64,000 bases of DNA from Tubulanus polymorphus (Eukaryota > Animalia > Nemertea). The DNA is taken from NCBI RefSeq assembly GCF_964204645.1, contig NC_134030.1, positions 19,304,210-19,368,209 on the forward strand. Direction: 5' to 3'. The notes under the pieces were generated by a model, which searched no databases, was not told the DNA's origin, and worked only from the letters and a program-made list of their open reading frames with translations. Each line of letters starts with the position of its first letter. Positions within the stretch are counted from its first letter, which is position 1. Positions 24,246 to 38,260 of the stretch are shown here, one piece after another. Position numbers and translations under genes: made by a program.

Positions 24246-26165
24246 TTAAAATCTGTTATACATCGTCGACAATACCGCTACAAGGACCGCGACGATTCCG
24301 GAAGCTTTTAGTGCAAAACCGCTGTTACACTTGTCTGTAGCGCAGCAATTGCCTTTGAAACCTGTAAGGCTGTTAGATGTTGTAATCTGAAATGCACAGG
24401 CAGCCTTCGTAAAGCAGCCTCTGAGTTCCATGTCTGTGGTTCCTTCTTTGTAGTATAAGTACTGAAATGAAATTATGTCTTTATGTTAAACTGTTTATTT
24501 TCTTTTGTCTGTAAGGCCGCAGAACAGAGAATTGAGGCTCAGAGAAATTACACTCTTGTTTCGTATTCAAGCCAAATTTTGCCGTGTTCTAGAATCAATC
24601 TCCTCACTAAGAAATTCGATCTATTTTTCAAGATTTTAAACGCCGGTTAAATGCCCCGTTCCTGTGTGACCAGCGCTTGCAGCCGAGTACCGAGGAAAAA
24701 CTGGCCATGGATGTTCCCCCTAATCAAAATTCCTGGCCCTGTTTGAAAATACGACAGTTATGATCACGTTCTTTTGGGAACTTTTATCTTGAAAAATTGT
24801 CAGATGCCATAAAGAACGAGTATGGGGCCAATGAGGCGTGGGACTAGTGATCGGTCCTCATTTCATTTTTGCCATGAAAATGCAACAAATTCTTTCTCAA
24901 AAATAATAAGTCATTATTATTATCATATCCTAGGTAAGACAAGTGATGTTTTTACGTGCAATTGTTTTTCAATAACCTTAAATAAATCACCCACCAGTAC
25001 TTCATAACTTTCAGAAATCTGATTCAGAAACAAGGGTACATATCTGTGTGGCCTCATTCGAAAGAAGACGTTTGTTTGTTGAATTGGTTCTCGGCAGTAA
25101 TTAGTGCCGGAAATCATTAGAATAAACCATACTCACCATGCAGGCGTCAAGACCAGTTGGGCAGGTCATTACGCTGGGGTTTTTACACGAACTGAAGTTG
25201 GGACAATTGTAGCATTGTAATGCTCTTGTATCTGTAATATGAATGCAATTTACAAATTACTGATTATGATCTCTTAGAATTTTACCACCCTCAACTTTAC
25301 TCGTATTAAAGCACTTTGTTCGGCTTCTTCAAATGAGGCGTGATGATTAAATAGATAGGTTTTGGCATGACATCATAACTTTCATTTCCACTAGATGGCG
25401 CACGAGTCGAACTAGGCTGCTTCGGCGTCTCGTTAAGGTGTGGTAAAGTTTGTATTATTTGCTACCTCATTCACCCTCTTCAGTCCTCACTGTGGCCACT
25501 GTTAAGAACTTTAAGTTACGGACCGAAGCAGGCCTAAAAATGTCATGATTTTTAAGACGAACTTCTGCTAACTAATATCTTAATGCCATAAAGACGCGTC
25601 CGTTTATTGTAAATCATGAAATTAAATAAAGATTCGATTTTTGGCTAACAAACGATACGATACCTTATTTCCCATTTTTGCTTAAACGTTGACCACCGAT
25701 CTACCGTGTACAATAATTTTATATATCCGGTATCATCTTTGTTTAGCCTTAATCAGATTTTATGTTTTCTTTGACTGGTGACCATTTAATCCCTACTTCA
25801 CGATCCCTAGTCACGAAATTAAATCATTTTCTTTTCTTTTTAATTGTATCTTTATCGACCTCCCACTGAAACTTTTGAGATCCGCCATTCAATTCCGAGC
25901 AGAATAAAATGAAATAAAGATGTACATGTTTTTATTCCGCGATCAATTGTGAGTCGGAATTAAATGGCTGCCGGGCAAAAAAGAACCGATCATATACTGG
26001 AAAAGCGAACTTGTATTCGATTTAATGATTTTTGATCGGCAAAATTGAAATGAAAAAAAAAAATCAATTCCCGAGGACGCCTCCGTAAATACTAGATCCG
26101 TTACCTTTACAAAGTCCCAACAGAACGATGGCTACAACAACGGCGATGCTTGTTATCTTCGACAT
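24246..26165 (-). CDS. GPI-anchored Ly6/uPAR (three-finger) protein, ~123 aa; exons 26165-26105, 25231-25137 and 24461-24246
   Basis: Signal MSKITSIAVVVAIVLLGLCK, then LQCYNCPNFSSCKNPSVMTCPTGLDACM, then ..RGCFTKAAC...GNCCATDKCN. This gives a 10-Cys LU pattern with CCxxxxCN, followed by a hydrophobic GPI signal. Introns are phase 1 and phase 0, GT-AG. Confidence 0.9.
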
Positions 26166-27224
26166 TTTCAATAATCTGGAGCGATTTTCACTTCGAGAAT
26201 GGATGACGAATCTAAGACGTTCTCTTCGTTCGGAGTCTGTTGACGAACTGCGTGTTTTGTCACTAAAGCAACGACCAATGAACGCGAAACGAAAAACAAT
26301 TTACATTTCACAGCTCACAACTTCGAGGTCATTATTCTTGACTTGTTTTTTTCTATACATTTTCTTTTCATCCCCTCGCTTTTGTGCTTTACAATCATGA
26401 CGAAGGAATGACTATATTGTTTTCTTATTTTCGTTTCGAATCCAGATATATACGTAGGTTATGGGTTTTCAATATAAAAAAATTGTCAAAGGAGTCCATT
26501 GACACGTTTGCCCTCGAAGACCCTCCCCCCCTCACCCACCAACAGGTCGTTGGCTTTTCCTAACCCCTCGCATAATTTATTGCTACACTGTTTTTTATTA
26601 TACATGCATACTAAAATGCTTTGTATCAATCTATTATGTGAATAAATACTTACTTACTAACAGGTCGTTATAGAACATGGAATCGACGTCACGCCCTTGC
26701 TTTTCATCGGAATATGCGCAGCTCATTCCCTTTTTAAATGTAATAATATCGAAGCATATGAGCTCGTTACAAAAACACTGATTTACCGGCGGCCATGAAA
26801 CCACCGCCCATAATCTGTTTGTTGTATCGATTCTGTACTTCGCACATCATCGTCGAATAAAAAATATCATTTCATTTCACGCGGTTATTTGCATACTTTT
26901 AGCGAACAAACAGCCGTGTGACTAACTATCTAATCGACTATTACAAGAGAATCGTGCTCGACATTCGTTCATACAATCATACTCGCTTGCCAGGGTTTGA
27001 TTGACTCTTGCCAACACAAACCCTGGTCGCGCTTTCTTCATTCGTCCATCACACTCAGCCTAAGATCCTAATGGCGGAAGGGTTGCCAACGTGCGGCCAC
27101 CAATCTGAGCATTCAGCCAATCAGATGTGTTGTTTTTTTACTGTACCAGAAGATTCGCTCTTAAAACATCTATTGGTTAATCATATAGACATATCAAATG
27201 AAAGAAATATTGTGTGGTGTTATA

Positions 27225-27932
27225 AGCTACGTTCACACTAGGATATCAGTACGGTACTAAGCGTTCACACTAGGAAATTATTCGAGGCCTATTCGCGGCT
27301 TATTCAGTTCCGTACTGAAATACGAGGCTTATTAAGCGCGACGAAAACCTGATCTCAGTACGGCACTGAGCTGTCCGCCTATTTTATGTAGTGTGAACGC
27401 AGATTAGGCGCTTAGCTAGCCGCGTATTTACATTTGCGTAGTACAAAACACTACGAATACGAATACGAATACGAAAATCTATTACACTCCAACCATTCCC
27501 ATGGTATATGGAGGAAAAAACAGTATTTACAAATATTAACAAAAACAGTAGATAAAAGCACTTTGAAAAATAACAAACGTTATTTACAACATACTATCTA
27601 CACACTACCTGAGGGATCTATATACATCTAGGCCTTATTTGATGAATTTAGCCAGTTTAAAAGTTGGATTTTTAAAAACATCGAGATTCCGAAAGGTATT
27701 TGAATTTAGGCAGCTTTCACGGAATACGGTAGGTAATTCACAGTCGAAAACTAACCACTAAGTACACTCCCCTCTATCGGCACACCGGGTGACTACTATA
27801 CCGGGCTTACTAAGTGCCGAATCCCGACTCGTCGTGTGAACGTAAATGGCTGTATAAGCGCCGTATTTTGGTGAATTCGGCACCAGCGAAGTACGGTACT
27901 TCGTAAGCGCCGAATCTAGTGTGAACGCGGCT
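27225..27932. mobile_element. PIF/Harbinger-like MITE
   Basis: TIRs AGCTACGTTCACACTAG / CTAGTGTGAACGCGGCT with 3-bp TSD ATA/ATA. Confidence 0.85.
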
Positions 27933-28197
27933 ATAGATCAATGAAGGAAGTGCAACCACGTTTCGAGTTGGCGTGAATTTCAGCACGAGACAATCAGAAC
28001 GACGAACGTTTTACGGAACAGCCGAAATCATGAGATCATATTCGTTCGGCCTTCTATTCGTGACTTAAAGTTTACTAGCTATCGAAACGTCGTGCTATTA
28101 AACAGTTAAGCCAAAATTCATTCGTATTTTTTCCACATATTTCGTGTATATCTTATATTCGTTTCAAATATTGAACACAGATAAGGCTAAGGAAAAA

Positions 28198-28391
28198 TGA
28201 TACCTTGTTTCTCCGCAGCGGCCGGGTCATTTTTGTAAAATATGATAAAATTTATAAACAGTTCATTTCTATAGCGGCCGGGTCTGTTATGGTGAAATTG
28301 ATCACGATTTTAAAAAAAGTAATGTATAGGGTAGATAGGCGGCCGGCCGGGTCAACATTTAAGCTCAGCAGAGCGGAGAAACAAGGTATCA
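28198..28391. mobile_element. MITE family A copy 2
   Basis: TGATACCTTGTTTCTCC...GGAGAAACAAGGTATCA; homologous to 16003-16193. Confidence 0.8.
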
Positions 28392-29766
28392 ATTTTTTGG
28401 CCTAATTATGTCCTACAATACATATTGCATATTTAATGGCCAGAAGATGGCAAAGAACAGAAATAATTTCTCAAGAGTGTTTGTAAGTACATGCATTCAT
28501 ACACGTTGATACAAGCGCGCTTTTAATGGCATACGTATGAATCGCTATCGGGAGGAAAAATAGGAATAGTGTAATGTCAGTCTAACCGGTGACGAATGTA
28601 TGAAATTATTATTGACTTAATTCGAAATGCTGCTTTTGTTTGTTGGATGTGAACCGAAAACGGGAACGATTTTATTGAGGGTCTCATCGTTCAATAGAAA
28701 TTGAGCACATTCTTTCATATTTCTCGATGATATTTTCATACAAAAAATAGCTTGTTACTGATTACTTTCAGAGGTTGCCAGCCCTGATTCGTCGAGCAAA
28801 AAATCGAGTCAAAATGGTACGCGTTTGGTACATCAAAGCTCATATGTTGGCAGTTTCGAATCCCGATCTACACAAATTCCAATCACTCGACTCATTGCCG
28901 ACATCATAATATAACATTTTCATCAGATTTTTACCCGATTTTCGCTCTTTGAGATTTGTCTTGGTTTATAGGGATATCTCGTTATTTTCTAAAGCGATGA
29001 TCCCTAAAACGAAGGCTCACACCACACAGGAACGTAACGGTAGTTCTTTCTAAGATTGCCTTTGCCCTTCAAAAAGAATAGTAGAACAAATATACCTGGA
29101 TTTGGATAATAGTTTCTATAGCTTATTTATAATTCCTCGAATTTTTTTAACCGACATTGATTCGTCGCATTTTTGTTTCAGTACTTTTGATCGCGTGTTC
29201 AGCGAATATATCGCATTGTGAATAATGTACCGCAGGGAACATTGCGTAGGTTTACTTTGAATTGACAAATTCAATAGAATTGATTGCGAAACCTATAACA
29301 CAAGCATACCGTAGAAGCTTTGTCGATCTGAAAGAACCTGGTTTGTAATTAATATTCGAAAAAAGAGTCCTAAATAAAAATCACACGGTACATGGAAAGT
29401 CACAGGGGACACTGAAAATGCACGGCATGAAAAAATGACGGCAATGGAATATTACTAGAATGAAAATGTAGGAATAATCCACTTTAGAAAATTCTCGAAA
29501 CGGCACAACCTGATAAACGAGAACGGGACAATGTAGGAACGTACACACTGTAAAATAAACTTCCACCACTTCCAACAAGAAACTACTGGAAAATACAAGA
29601 ACTGGAAGATGTAAAAAATTTCCTGAATAATGCAGTCCCTGAAGACATATTGCACATTTTTCTGGTCCGCACTATTTTGAGCTACCTAATTTGCATCTGA
29701 ATAACGAAACCTTCGTCTCGCCAATAATATATAAACGATGAGGTTTTACCTGGTTCTACGACCATA

Positions 29767-29949
29767 GCCGCCATCACACGGGCCAAATTTGACCCGTGCC
29801 TAACTAGAGAGTGCGTTCTCACGCAAACCTTTCACTCGATACTAAACAATGCTAGAAAAGTGCTCGTTTCTGGTGCCAAACAGACTCGGGCCCATTTGGC
29901 ACCAGTGTGAACAGTTGTTCCGGGCCAAAAATGCTCGTGTGATCGCGGC
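29767..29949. mobile_element. MITE family B copy 1 (TIR GCCGCGATCACAC, TA flanks)
   Basis: GCCGCCATCACACG...CGTGTGATCGCGGC with TA on both sides. Internal GGCCCATTTGGCACC.GTGTGAACAGTTGTTCCGGGC is shared with 50627-50752. Confidence 0.75.
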
Positions 29950-29976
29950 TAATGTGACGTGGTTAGAGAAATTATG

Positions 29977-30050
29977 AGCACTCGCCGGGGGTCGAACCCG
30001 GGTCCCATGGGTAGAACGCAAGCGTGCTAGCCAGTAGACCAATACAACAT
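29977..30050 (-). mobile_element. tRNA-derived SINE-like head
   Basis: Minus strand has an A-box-like TGGTCTACTGG and a B-box GGTTCGACCCC, but no clean cloverleaf. Confidence 0.5.
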
Positions 30051-30948
30051 CGCCGCATGGTTAGTGGTTATACAGCTTTTCGAATCCCAGCGCATTCTTT
30101 GTGGTTCCTTATCACTGCTCTGAATTATTTTATTAACGACAGTGCCTTTAACCCTGAATTCCAAATTGTATTCTTTTGAAGTGAAGATGACCATGGGCGT
30201 CCCCGGGATATTTTTGGGAAGTTCGTTTTTAGGAATAGTCTGGTGAAAATTTTGAAAATTTCGCGTGAGCAGGCGCGTTCTGGTGCAATCTGAGGCCGAT
30301 AGGTAGACTGGTTACCGTTTACTTTGCATGTATCGATTTTATTGTGCTAAATTTAGCAAATGCAGACCATGTGCCGACGTTCGTCGACGTTTGGAATTTC
30401 AAAAATGGGATTCGTTCAGCATATCTGCACAACTCCGGATTCAAAAGTGAATATATCGTTATTTTTTCGTAGTATTCGTTACTAAAATTAGTTCTTTTTG
30501 CATAACAAGATCGGCATATTGAATTATTCATATCATTCCTCATTTATCTAAGTCGAACCAGTTTACCTTTTCAGTCAAATCCAGTTTACATCTATTCAAT
30601 AGTTGTTGTAAACCTGTTTCACTATTTAATTGGGTGACGAACGATAGTTTTCCGACACGAGGCTGAACTGGAGAAACGTTCGACGTTAAATGCAAAAAAG
30701 TGACAAAGCTTTATACATGCAATTTTCATCTGAAAATTAATTACATATATAATACAAATGCGATGCGAATGGCACCGTGCCAACACAGATCTGTTCATAC
30801 CTAATCTAGCCACTCAACGGGTTCAGTAAGGGTTGGGATGCACGTCAACAAAATATTGAGATACATTCCATTCACTATTTGTGTAGCTGAACTACCGTCG
30901 CAGGGCCAAATGAGGAGTAGTCAGGGAATTTTGCTTAGAAAAAAACTT

Positions 30949-31026
30949 AATAAAGCGAAGAAAACTCAAGGAGATCTGTTGGGATCCCAATAAAGCGAAG
31001 AAAACTCAAGGAGATCTGTTGGGATC
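30949..31026. repeat. 40-bp tandem duplication
   Basis: AATAAAGCGAAGAAAACTCAAGGAGATCTGTTGGGATC occurs twice in tandem. Confidence 0.9.
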
Positions 31027-32038
31027 GCCAGATCGTGCGTAAAATTAAAACGTTTCCGTCAATTTCTTACGTATTTGAATGTGTTAATTGATTGGATTCT
31101 TAGCAGATCAAGTCAGGGAAAACAACAGCTATGTCAGGAAGTCGTCGAGGAGAAAAGTCAGGGAAAAATCAAGTCAAATATAAGTGATCGTCCTGCGCCA
31201 GCTCACCTACATTAATCTAGGGTTAATGTTTGACTCTGGAGTTAAAACATTGAAATTAACCGATTTAAACTCATAGTTAGCTCTAACTCACAACCGTAGA
31301 ACTGGATCCAGGCCTTTGTTTCAATATATTCAGTCATCATTAATTACAAGATAAATTTGAAGCTACGTGTTTAATGAAAATGTACGTTTCCGCCTATTTC
31401 GCGTTTTAATAAACATCGTTTCCTAATGAACGGAGTCCGTTGCCTATACGTACATCGATTAGTCAGCTACTCCAAAAAGTTGCAAAAGCGATCACATGTT
31501 CGTGTCACAGAAGGTAACCGCTATCTGTACCTTATACTCAGGCCCGTTGGCATTTCTCTTCACCGAAGATGTCACTAGTTCATCGTCTATCGTGTTTTTT
31601 TCTTTCTTCTCGCACAGGAATTCGGTCATGACAATTACTTGTATCGCAAGAAGAATTTTCGTCTGGGAACCTAGATTGTATTTCTCTATCAAAAGCAAGT
31701 TAAAGTCCAATCAGTCAACGGCTCGCAAATTTCGTCTATAGTTTGAGCGTATGCTGCTGGAGATCAATATTAAAGGTAAAAGAATCTATTTAACAAAATT
31801 TACGACAAAGACAATAGATCGATTGAATTAAACACGTTATGCTCCATAACGAAATTATTCAAACGTGGTAAAAACGGGCAAAATATCCAAAATCTGAAAT
31901 TCTAGGACGCTAGGACTTTAGGAGGTTCTTCCGATGAAATTCCTATGAAACTTGGCGGTTCTCGGATGTATGACACCATTACTTTCGCGATCCGCTATTT
32001 TTACCATAAAAAAACGGATTGATTTCAGCTTCACGGCG

Positions 32039-35000
32039 ATGGGTTGGTTCGACGCGTGGAGAGAGGGCCATTGGAACACGTGGTACCCATCGGTAAGGGT
32101 CCCTGCCGTTGTAGATATCAATACGGTTCTAGTTGGTTACATCACGTTTGTCATCGGGGTGGCGTGTATAATAGTCGCTTTAGGCAGGCGAGGTGAAGAT
32201 GTAAGTTGTTATCGACAGTTATTTCATTCTAACTATGAACGTTCTTTTCTGTTTCTAATGATTTGAAATATTCAACTCCGTGGTCTACACTATATACACT
32301 AGTATATTCATGTAATGTATGTGGAATATATTTTATGTGAAATTCTTCGATACGGTTTCTGGATTTCCCTCGTCTCTCGTCTTAGATGTCCCAATATTAT
32401 ATGATGAGTATATTCATTGAATATTGAGATTTTACTTAATAGTACATCGAGTCCATGGTTTGTGTATAAGATGTACCTTTTTTCCTGAAGGATGTACCGG
32501 GTACATCTAATAGTTTCCCTCTACACATTATTTTCCAGGTTATTCGCCGGATTTATAGAATTATCCTATCGGATGGCCTATCGTTAATTTATTTCCTTTT
32601 TCCAGCGTTGTAAAGTATGCTTTAAACTAGTTGCTACGATATTAATCGAATCGCTTTTGATACGTAAGTAGAGAACGAACTCCGCATAAGAGAAAACCTT
32701 TTATATAATACACATCGTAGTTTATATGCTGGTATTCATATATTCAGCTGTTTTCATTACCCTACAAATTTATATCATCGAATTACAACACGCTATGAGC
32801 CATGTATGTATTTTTCTTCTTTTCCTTTTTCGCATTACATTTTCCCGTGTCAAATGACCGCTATCTACGTATTAATTCGTATAACATATACGGCTTGCTA
32901 ATAATGTCTGCACGACGATTTTAAGACGCGTGTAATTTCTGTTTGAATCGTTTTCTTCAAGAAATAGATATTGAATGTTCGAAAAAATGCTGGTATTGGA
33001 TTCAAATTCGGAACCGGATTTTTGAAATTTCAGTTTGTCTAATATCGAAACAATGGAGAACCTCGTCTGGATTTGTTGTCCTAGTCAGGCATAACATCAC
33101 GTGTCTGATGACGATGAACCTGGGCCTGGATGGATTTAACATCACGATGAAAGGTAACGCACGTTGTGCAAAGGTTTCGTATTATAAGCGGAGTGTCAAA
33201 CGGGTTTGGGTCCTACTTACTAATTACTACTGTGCGCGGGCAACGTTTTCGAATATCGCCCGTCTAGGTAAAGTGAACAATATATTGGGAAAACAAGATC
33301 TGAGTTTCGTAAAGCGAGAAATTCTGAAATTGAAAATTTTCCTTCAATTACACCGGGCGGATAATTTCTTTTCAAAATATAATAGCGGATCTTTTGGTGC
33401 TAAGCAGTAGTTGATGTTCTTCTGCGCATAAACCGCCTTACATAAACTGAACGTTAAACCTTTTTTTCAAGGGACCTGAACGTGTTAGTGATTGTACAGC
33501 CTTTATTGTATGGCTTCGTTCAGACCCCTGTCGTGAATTTACTTAATGTTATATACGTTTCGGGTATTCCATTTGTAATGGCGTAATTATCATTAATTGA
33601 CGATTAAATTAATGATTTCATGATTATTATCAACTCACCACGAGTAGAATCATTAAAAACTGCACAATAATTGCTAAATTCTAGAATCATGATTTCATGA
33701 TGAAACTTTTGTTGGTTACCATTATGGACGTCTCTCATGCATGGGGCTTTTTTCTTTTTTGCAGCAATGAACGTGACTAAACTTGACATAAACTACAATG
33801 AAAAATACAGTTGGTGGCGTCGTAAGTGTTTGTTGTAATTTTGCTATACGTAAGAAAAATGCCGGATAGCGCCAGGGGTACATTGTGGGATTCGAACCCA
33901 CGGATCTGAGTCACCCAAAGACATTGATTGTAAACCACTTACGCGAAGTAACCCCTCGGCCACGCCGGCACGGCTTTCACAACCGGTTTTGGTTAAGGAC
34001 TATCGCGATCTGCATACGTATGAAATAAACCTGATCGAGAACAAGCAATATAGTTGATTAGTGTTAAACTTTATATTTGAATGTATTTATAATGAAATGA
34101 ATCGAGCGGTAACCAGTCTAGCTCCGCTTAACAATGACGTAGTGCACACCCTCCCAAAATATATTGTGAAATATATTTGATTTTCAAAATCAACTCCAGA
34201 AGTCACAACTGTAACCGTTTATTGATGACGTAGCGCACACTCCCACATGATTCCTTAAATAGCGTATTCTAAGGCGAGATAATCGATACCTTGTTCCTCC
34301 TATTCGACCGGGTTTCGTAACTTTGTAAACTGCAGTAGAATTTCAATCAGTTTCTCCATTACGAAATTGGAACCAGGTTTTACTAACGGTTCACGAAATC
34401 CGCATTCTACGTAATGCAGTGTTATGCTCATTATGCGATAGCTAGGCTTTTGCAATACATCGATGTTCTCAGCCAAATTCTACGGCCATATTTCAGGTTC
34501 CATCGCGATTCATTGAAAATCGTGTTCAACGCGACATATTTTACTAAATGTAGCTTCGCGCCGATATTGTTTTACAGTCGTTTTCTTTCCGTTTGAATAA
34601 AACTTTGCAGTTGCCGAGGTTAGAACTATGAACGACCGCATAGACCTTGTAGTAACGACTGTACTTATAATAAAAGTTTCCTCAACTTAATTTCAATAAT
34701 GTGGCAAAATTCCAATAACAACCTTGAATAAAAAAATCACTAAATTCCTTCAAACAGTCATTCAAAAGTAATAAACTCTTAGAATACTGAATTTCAAACA
34801 TTTATTTATCTGGGCCATGATAACTGTATAGTATGTTGCATGTGAATCTGTGAATTTTTGCATGCTTGTGAAGAATGAGTGTGTTTATTGTGGGTGCCCA
34901 AACCAACAAGCATTTGCTTCACTGGGTTCCTTCATTTGATATTGGCACATTTTATACATTTATTTATATTTATGAATGGATATCGTGTTATAGATTGTTT

Positions 35001-37244
35001 CAATTTCTTTGAATAATAAAGATTATTATTACTGTCTGTTCAAGCTTGATAAGTGTTCTGTTCAAGCTTGATTAGTGTTCAAGCTGACTAGAAATAGAAA
35101 CGAAATCGCGGAAAGCCGAGGCAGACTTAAGACGAAGTTTTCCGCATTCGTCTGCTACGTAATTACTTTAAAGCATGGTGCGGCTGTGTCATTGTACGTG
35201 CGATCGTGGTCGACGCAGTATCCAAACAAGATCAATACTAACAAGGCAGCGCAGAAAACCCGTTATCGCTGCTTTGCGGCTATATTTACTGTATTGTTTT
35301 TCATTTCTGATTTTCATGAAGCTGACTCGATGTGGAACGACTACAGGGCGTCGCTTCTGAAAGGTTTACCGTTCGAATTGTTGGAAGCTGTCGATTTCTT
35401 CGCCGCAGAGGACAGCCTCGGACACGCGTACCATTTACGCAGAGGAGGCTATTATGCATATTTTCTCCTCGGGTATAATTGTTTTCGTTCAAAAATCGTT
35501 ACTCATTGACCATTCGTAATTAGAATAGAAATTAAAAGCAATACAAATGTAACAATACGTATATATCGATCTACAGCCTCAGATATTCGGCCTTTTCTTT
35601 TTGGATATCTGTTAACCAGACATTTATCAGTTGCTTGCCGAATAGGTCGGTTAGAAAACTGATCATCCAAACTCTAAATGTGTTCGGGACTTCACCAGAG
35701 ATATTTTTAATCGAAAATGAGCTACAGATACCAGATATTAGACATTTTTAGCACACTTTCAAACACTGAAACGGCCACACTTCACATGTTTTCAGAACAT
35801 CAGGAACATTTTAATCGAATATATGGTCTGCAAAGACCAGATATTAGACATCAGCATATTTTCTAGCGATTTCTAACACGTCTCGAATGGTAAAGCCCTG
35901 TATGTTTTGTTTCGGGCTGTAGATTGATACCTGAATAATTAGACATTCATCCAAATCAGAATGTACCAAAATGTCATCATCAATTTCAGAATGTCGACAG
36001 TTTTCTGGATATTTGCTAACTGTTTCTTCTGTGTGGCAGTTTTGGAAGGTATATTCATGACGTGTGTCACTGGATTGGTCCTCATGTCGACCGCCATAGC
36101 GTACCACGTCTCAATTCCGCCGCGCCCCCTAGAGGTGTACGTGGGGAACACGAAGTTTACCTTTGTTTACGGATGGTGTTTCTATATGGTGGTAATTATT
36201 GGTACGTTAGGCCGCTACTTATATCTAATTGTGTATTATGTGTGATTTCACCGATTTGATTAAATCGACAACATTAAATAATTGAATTCTTGCAGGAATG
36301 GTATTGTCAATAGCGGGGACAATAGGCGTGTTTCTATCCATATTCAAACCTGAATTACTAGACTTTCTATTCTCTGGCGAGGATAAATCTGATGACAGCG
36401 AACAGGTAACTAATTTGAACTTATGTACAAAATGACGTGCGAGAAAATCCACTCATTTGACTCTGCCAAATCCCTCCATAGCAGGAATTTGAACCGCCGG
36501 ATGATTGCGTGACTCAGCCACTTTCTCAGCGCTTCGAACCGGAATGCACCGTGAAACTCTGTCACATTCTCCTCCCTCGCAGGGATTCGAACCTGATAAC
36601 GCCGAGAGACTCTGCCACGATCCTCCCTCGCAGTGATTCAGCCGTGGCGACATCCAGTAATTGTGCTAAACCCTATCACACGGGAAAAAATCCCACAATA
36701 AATGAATTTGTCTGAAAAGTTTATTTCAAATATTAAAAATATTTCGGCTGGTTGCAACCACCCTTCCTCGCCACCCTTTTTTGTGGGATTTTTATACATC
36801 GTTTTATCACGGATATCGATTGACCTATCACATAGCACAACCTACAACTACAAAATACGGGACACTTTATCAATCGGGAAATCAATCAAGCGAATATTGG
36901 TAAAAGAACATGATTGAATGTTTTAACAGATTAATGTTTCACTTGACGGTACCACCAAACAAGCAGAAAAATCTGAGATCAGCATCGAAGTTGCTGGCCC
37001 GAGCGAGCGACGAAGTTCGTCAGCTTCGTCGTCGACCGGCAGTGACGACGTTGAGGAGATTGGAATCGACAACCCCGCAGTGGAGGTGGATTCCGCGGAA
37101 TGTAGTAAACCACCAGCGGCAATTGAACTATCTACCCTTAGACGGGTTCCCGCAAACAGATCGCCATCGGCGAGCAAATTGAGACGAGCATCGACAAGCA
37201 AGAGTGATCACCAATGTAAAATGGTTTCATTTAGTTCCGTATAA
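32039..37244 (+). CDS. DUOXA: Dual oxidase maturation factor-like (DUOXA/NIP family), 394 aa, 8 coding exons: 32039-32200, 32606-32663, 33034-33153, 33765-33821, 35322-35472, 35990-36201, 36296-36405, 36930-37244
   Basis: Phase-consistent GT-AG assembly (1185 nt). Family motifs: MGWFDAW, LGLDGFNITM, INYNEKYSW, YRASLLKGLP...RRGGYYAYFLL, FWIFAN...TG and YGWCFY. About 5 TM helices and a Ser/acidic-rich cytoplasmic tail. Confidence 0.85.
33878..33970 (-). mobile_element. tRNA-derived SINE-like head in a DUOXA intron
   Basis: Minus strand GCCGGCGTGGCCGAGGGGTTA (A box) ... GTGGGTTCGAATCCCAC (B box), with an irregular middle section. Confidence 0.55.
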
Positions 37245-38260
37245 AACATAAGCGGTTTTGATGTTTCGCATACATGTTTTGCGATTTGTCGTTGGATCTT
37301 GATAACAGCGGGTCTTTTGCTTGTACGAAATAAACGCTAATAAGCAATATTGATTGTTTAGCTAAAATTTCCCTATATGATAATAATGACGTAATGCACA
37401 TATACCGACACTAGAGTCTTCTAATAACACGCATATAGAAAGAAACGTCGAATAGTTACGGTTTTTACGGCGTCAGAAAATTTGGTCTGGCATTCAGTAA
37501 TCAATGTGTTCGCATGGAATACATTTTCTGTTTCATTTTGTTCAATTATTGATTCATTCGTTGAGCGAATTGCGAAACACGTGGACCACTTCATACATCA
37601 CAAATAGCAGGAATTAAGCTATATTTTTCGGTTCGTTTATGACACCATACTCCAGACTACCACAATAACAGTTTCACTAAGCAGTTTCGCTCAAACATTA
37701 TGGAATCATCGAAACAAGACGAAAGTTGTGAATTAGGTAATTTTGTACTTGCAGGCATACACTGCCCTGAGATGACTCGAAAATATCCCGGCCACACACA
37801 AGGTGGCATGATGAACAGAATGATTTCAAATTCTAAATGTTGTTGTTTTTGTTGTTATCGTTGTATAATTGCGGGGACCACCTGCTTCGCAGCCGCGCCA
37901 GCGTCGTGAGGGGCTGAGTCGATTTTTTCGCGCTCCTTGTAAAATTCTTAAAGCGAATGATTTGAACTTTTAGATGCAACAAAATATTTGTTATTGTTTC
38001 AAATAGCTATATCTCCTTATTCGGTCCCATATTACTTGCGTAACATGTTTGCTTTTACCGAAACGTTGAGTCAACACTTAGTGTCAGACACTAAAATCGG
38101 AAAGGCACCACTTTTAAAACGGAAGTCGTCGACTGCGGTTGCAACGAAATGAAATATGTACTCATCAAATCGTTTCCATCAAGATTAATCAAAGATTAGA
38201 AGAATATTTCAATGCAATTGAAATTACGCTCGCACCCCGTTATATGGGAGCTGCTAAAAG

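Noticed and set aside
29977-33970. tRNA genes at ~29980, ~33880 (and B-box-like hits at ~36480-36600 and ~57340)
   Set aside because: A/B boxes are present but no complete cloverleaf could be built. They are better explained as tRNA-derived SINE fragments.
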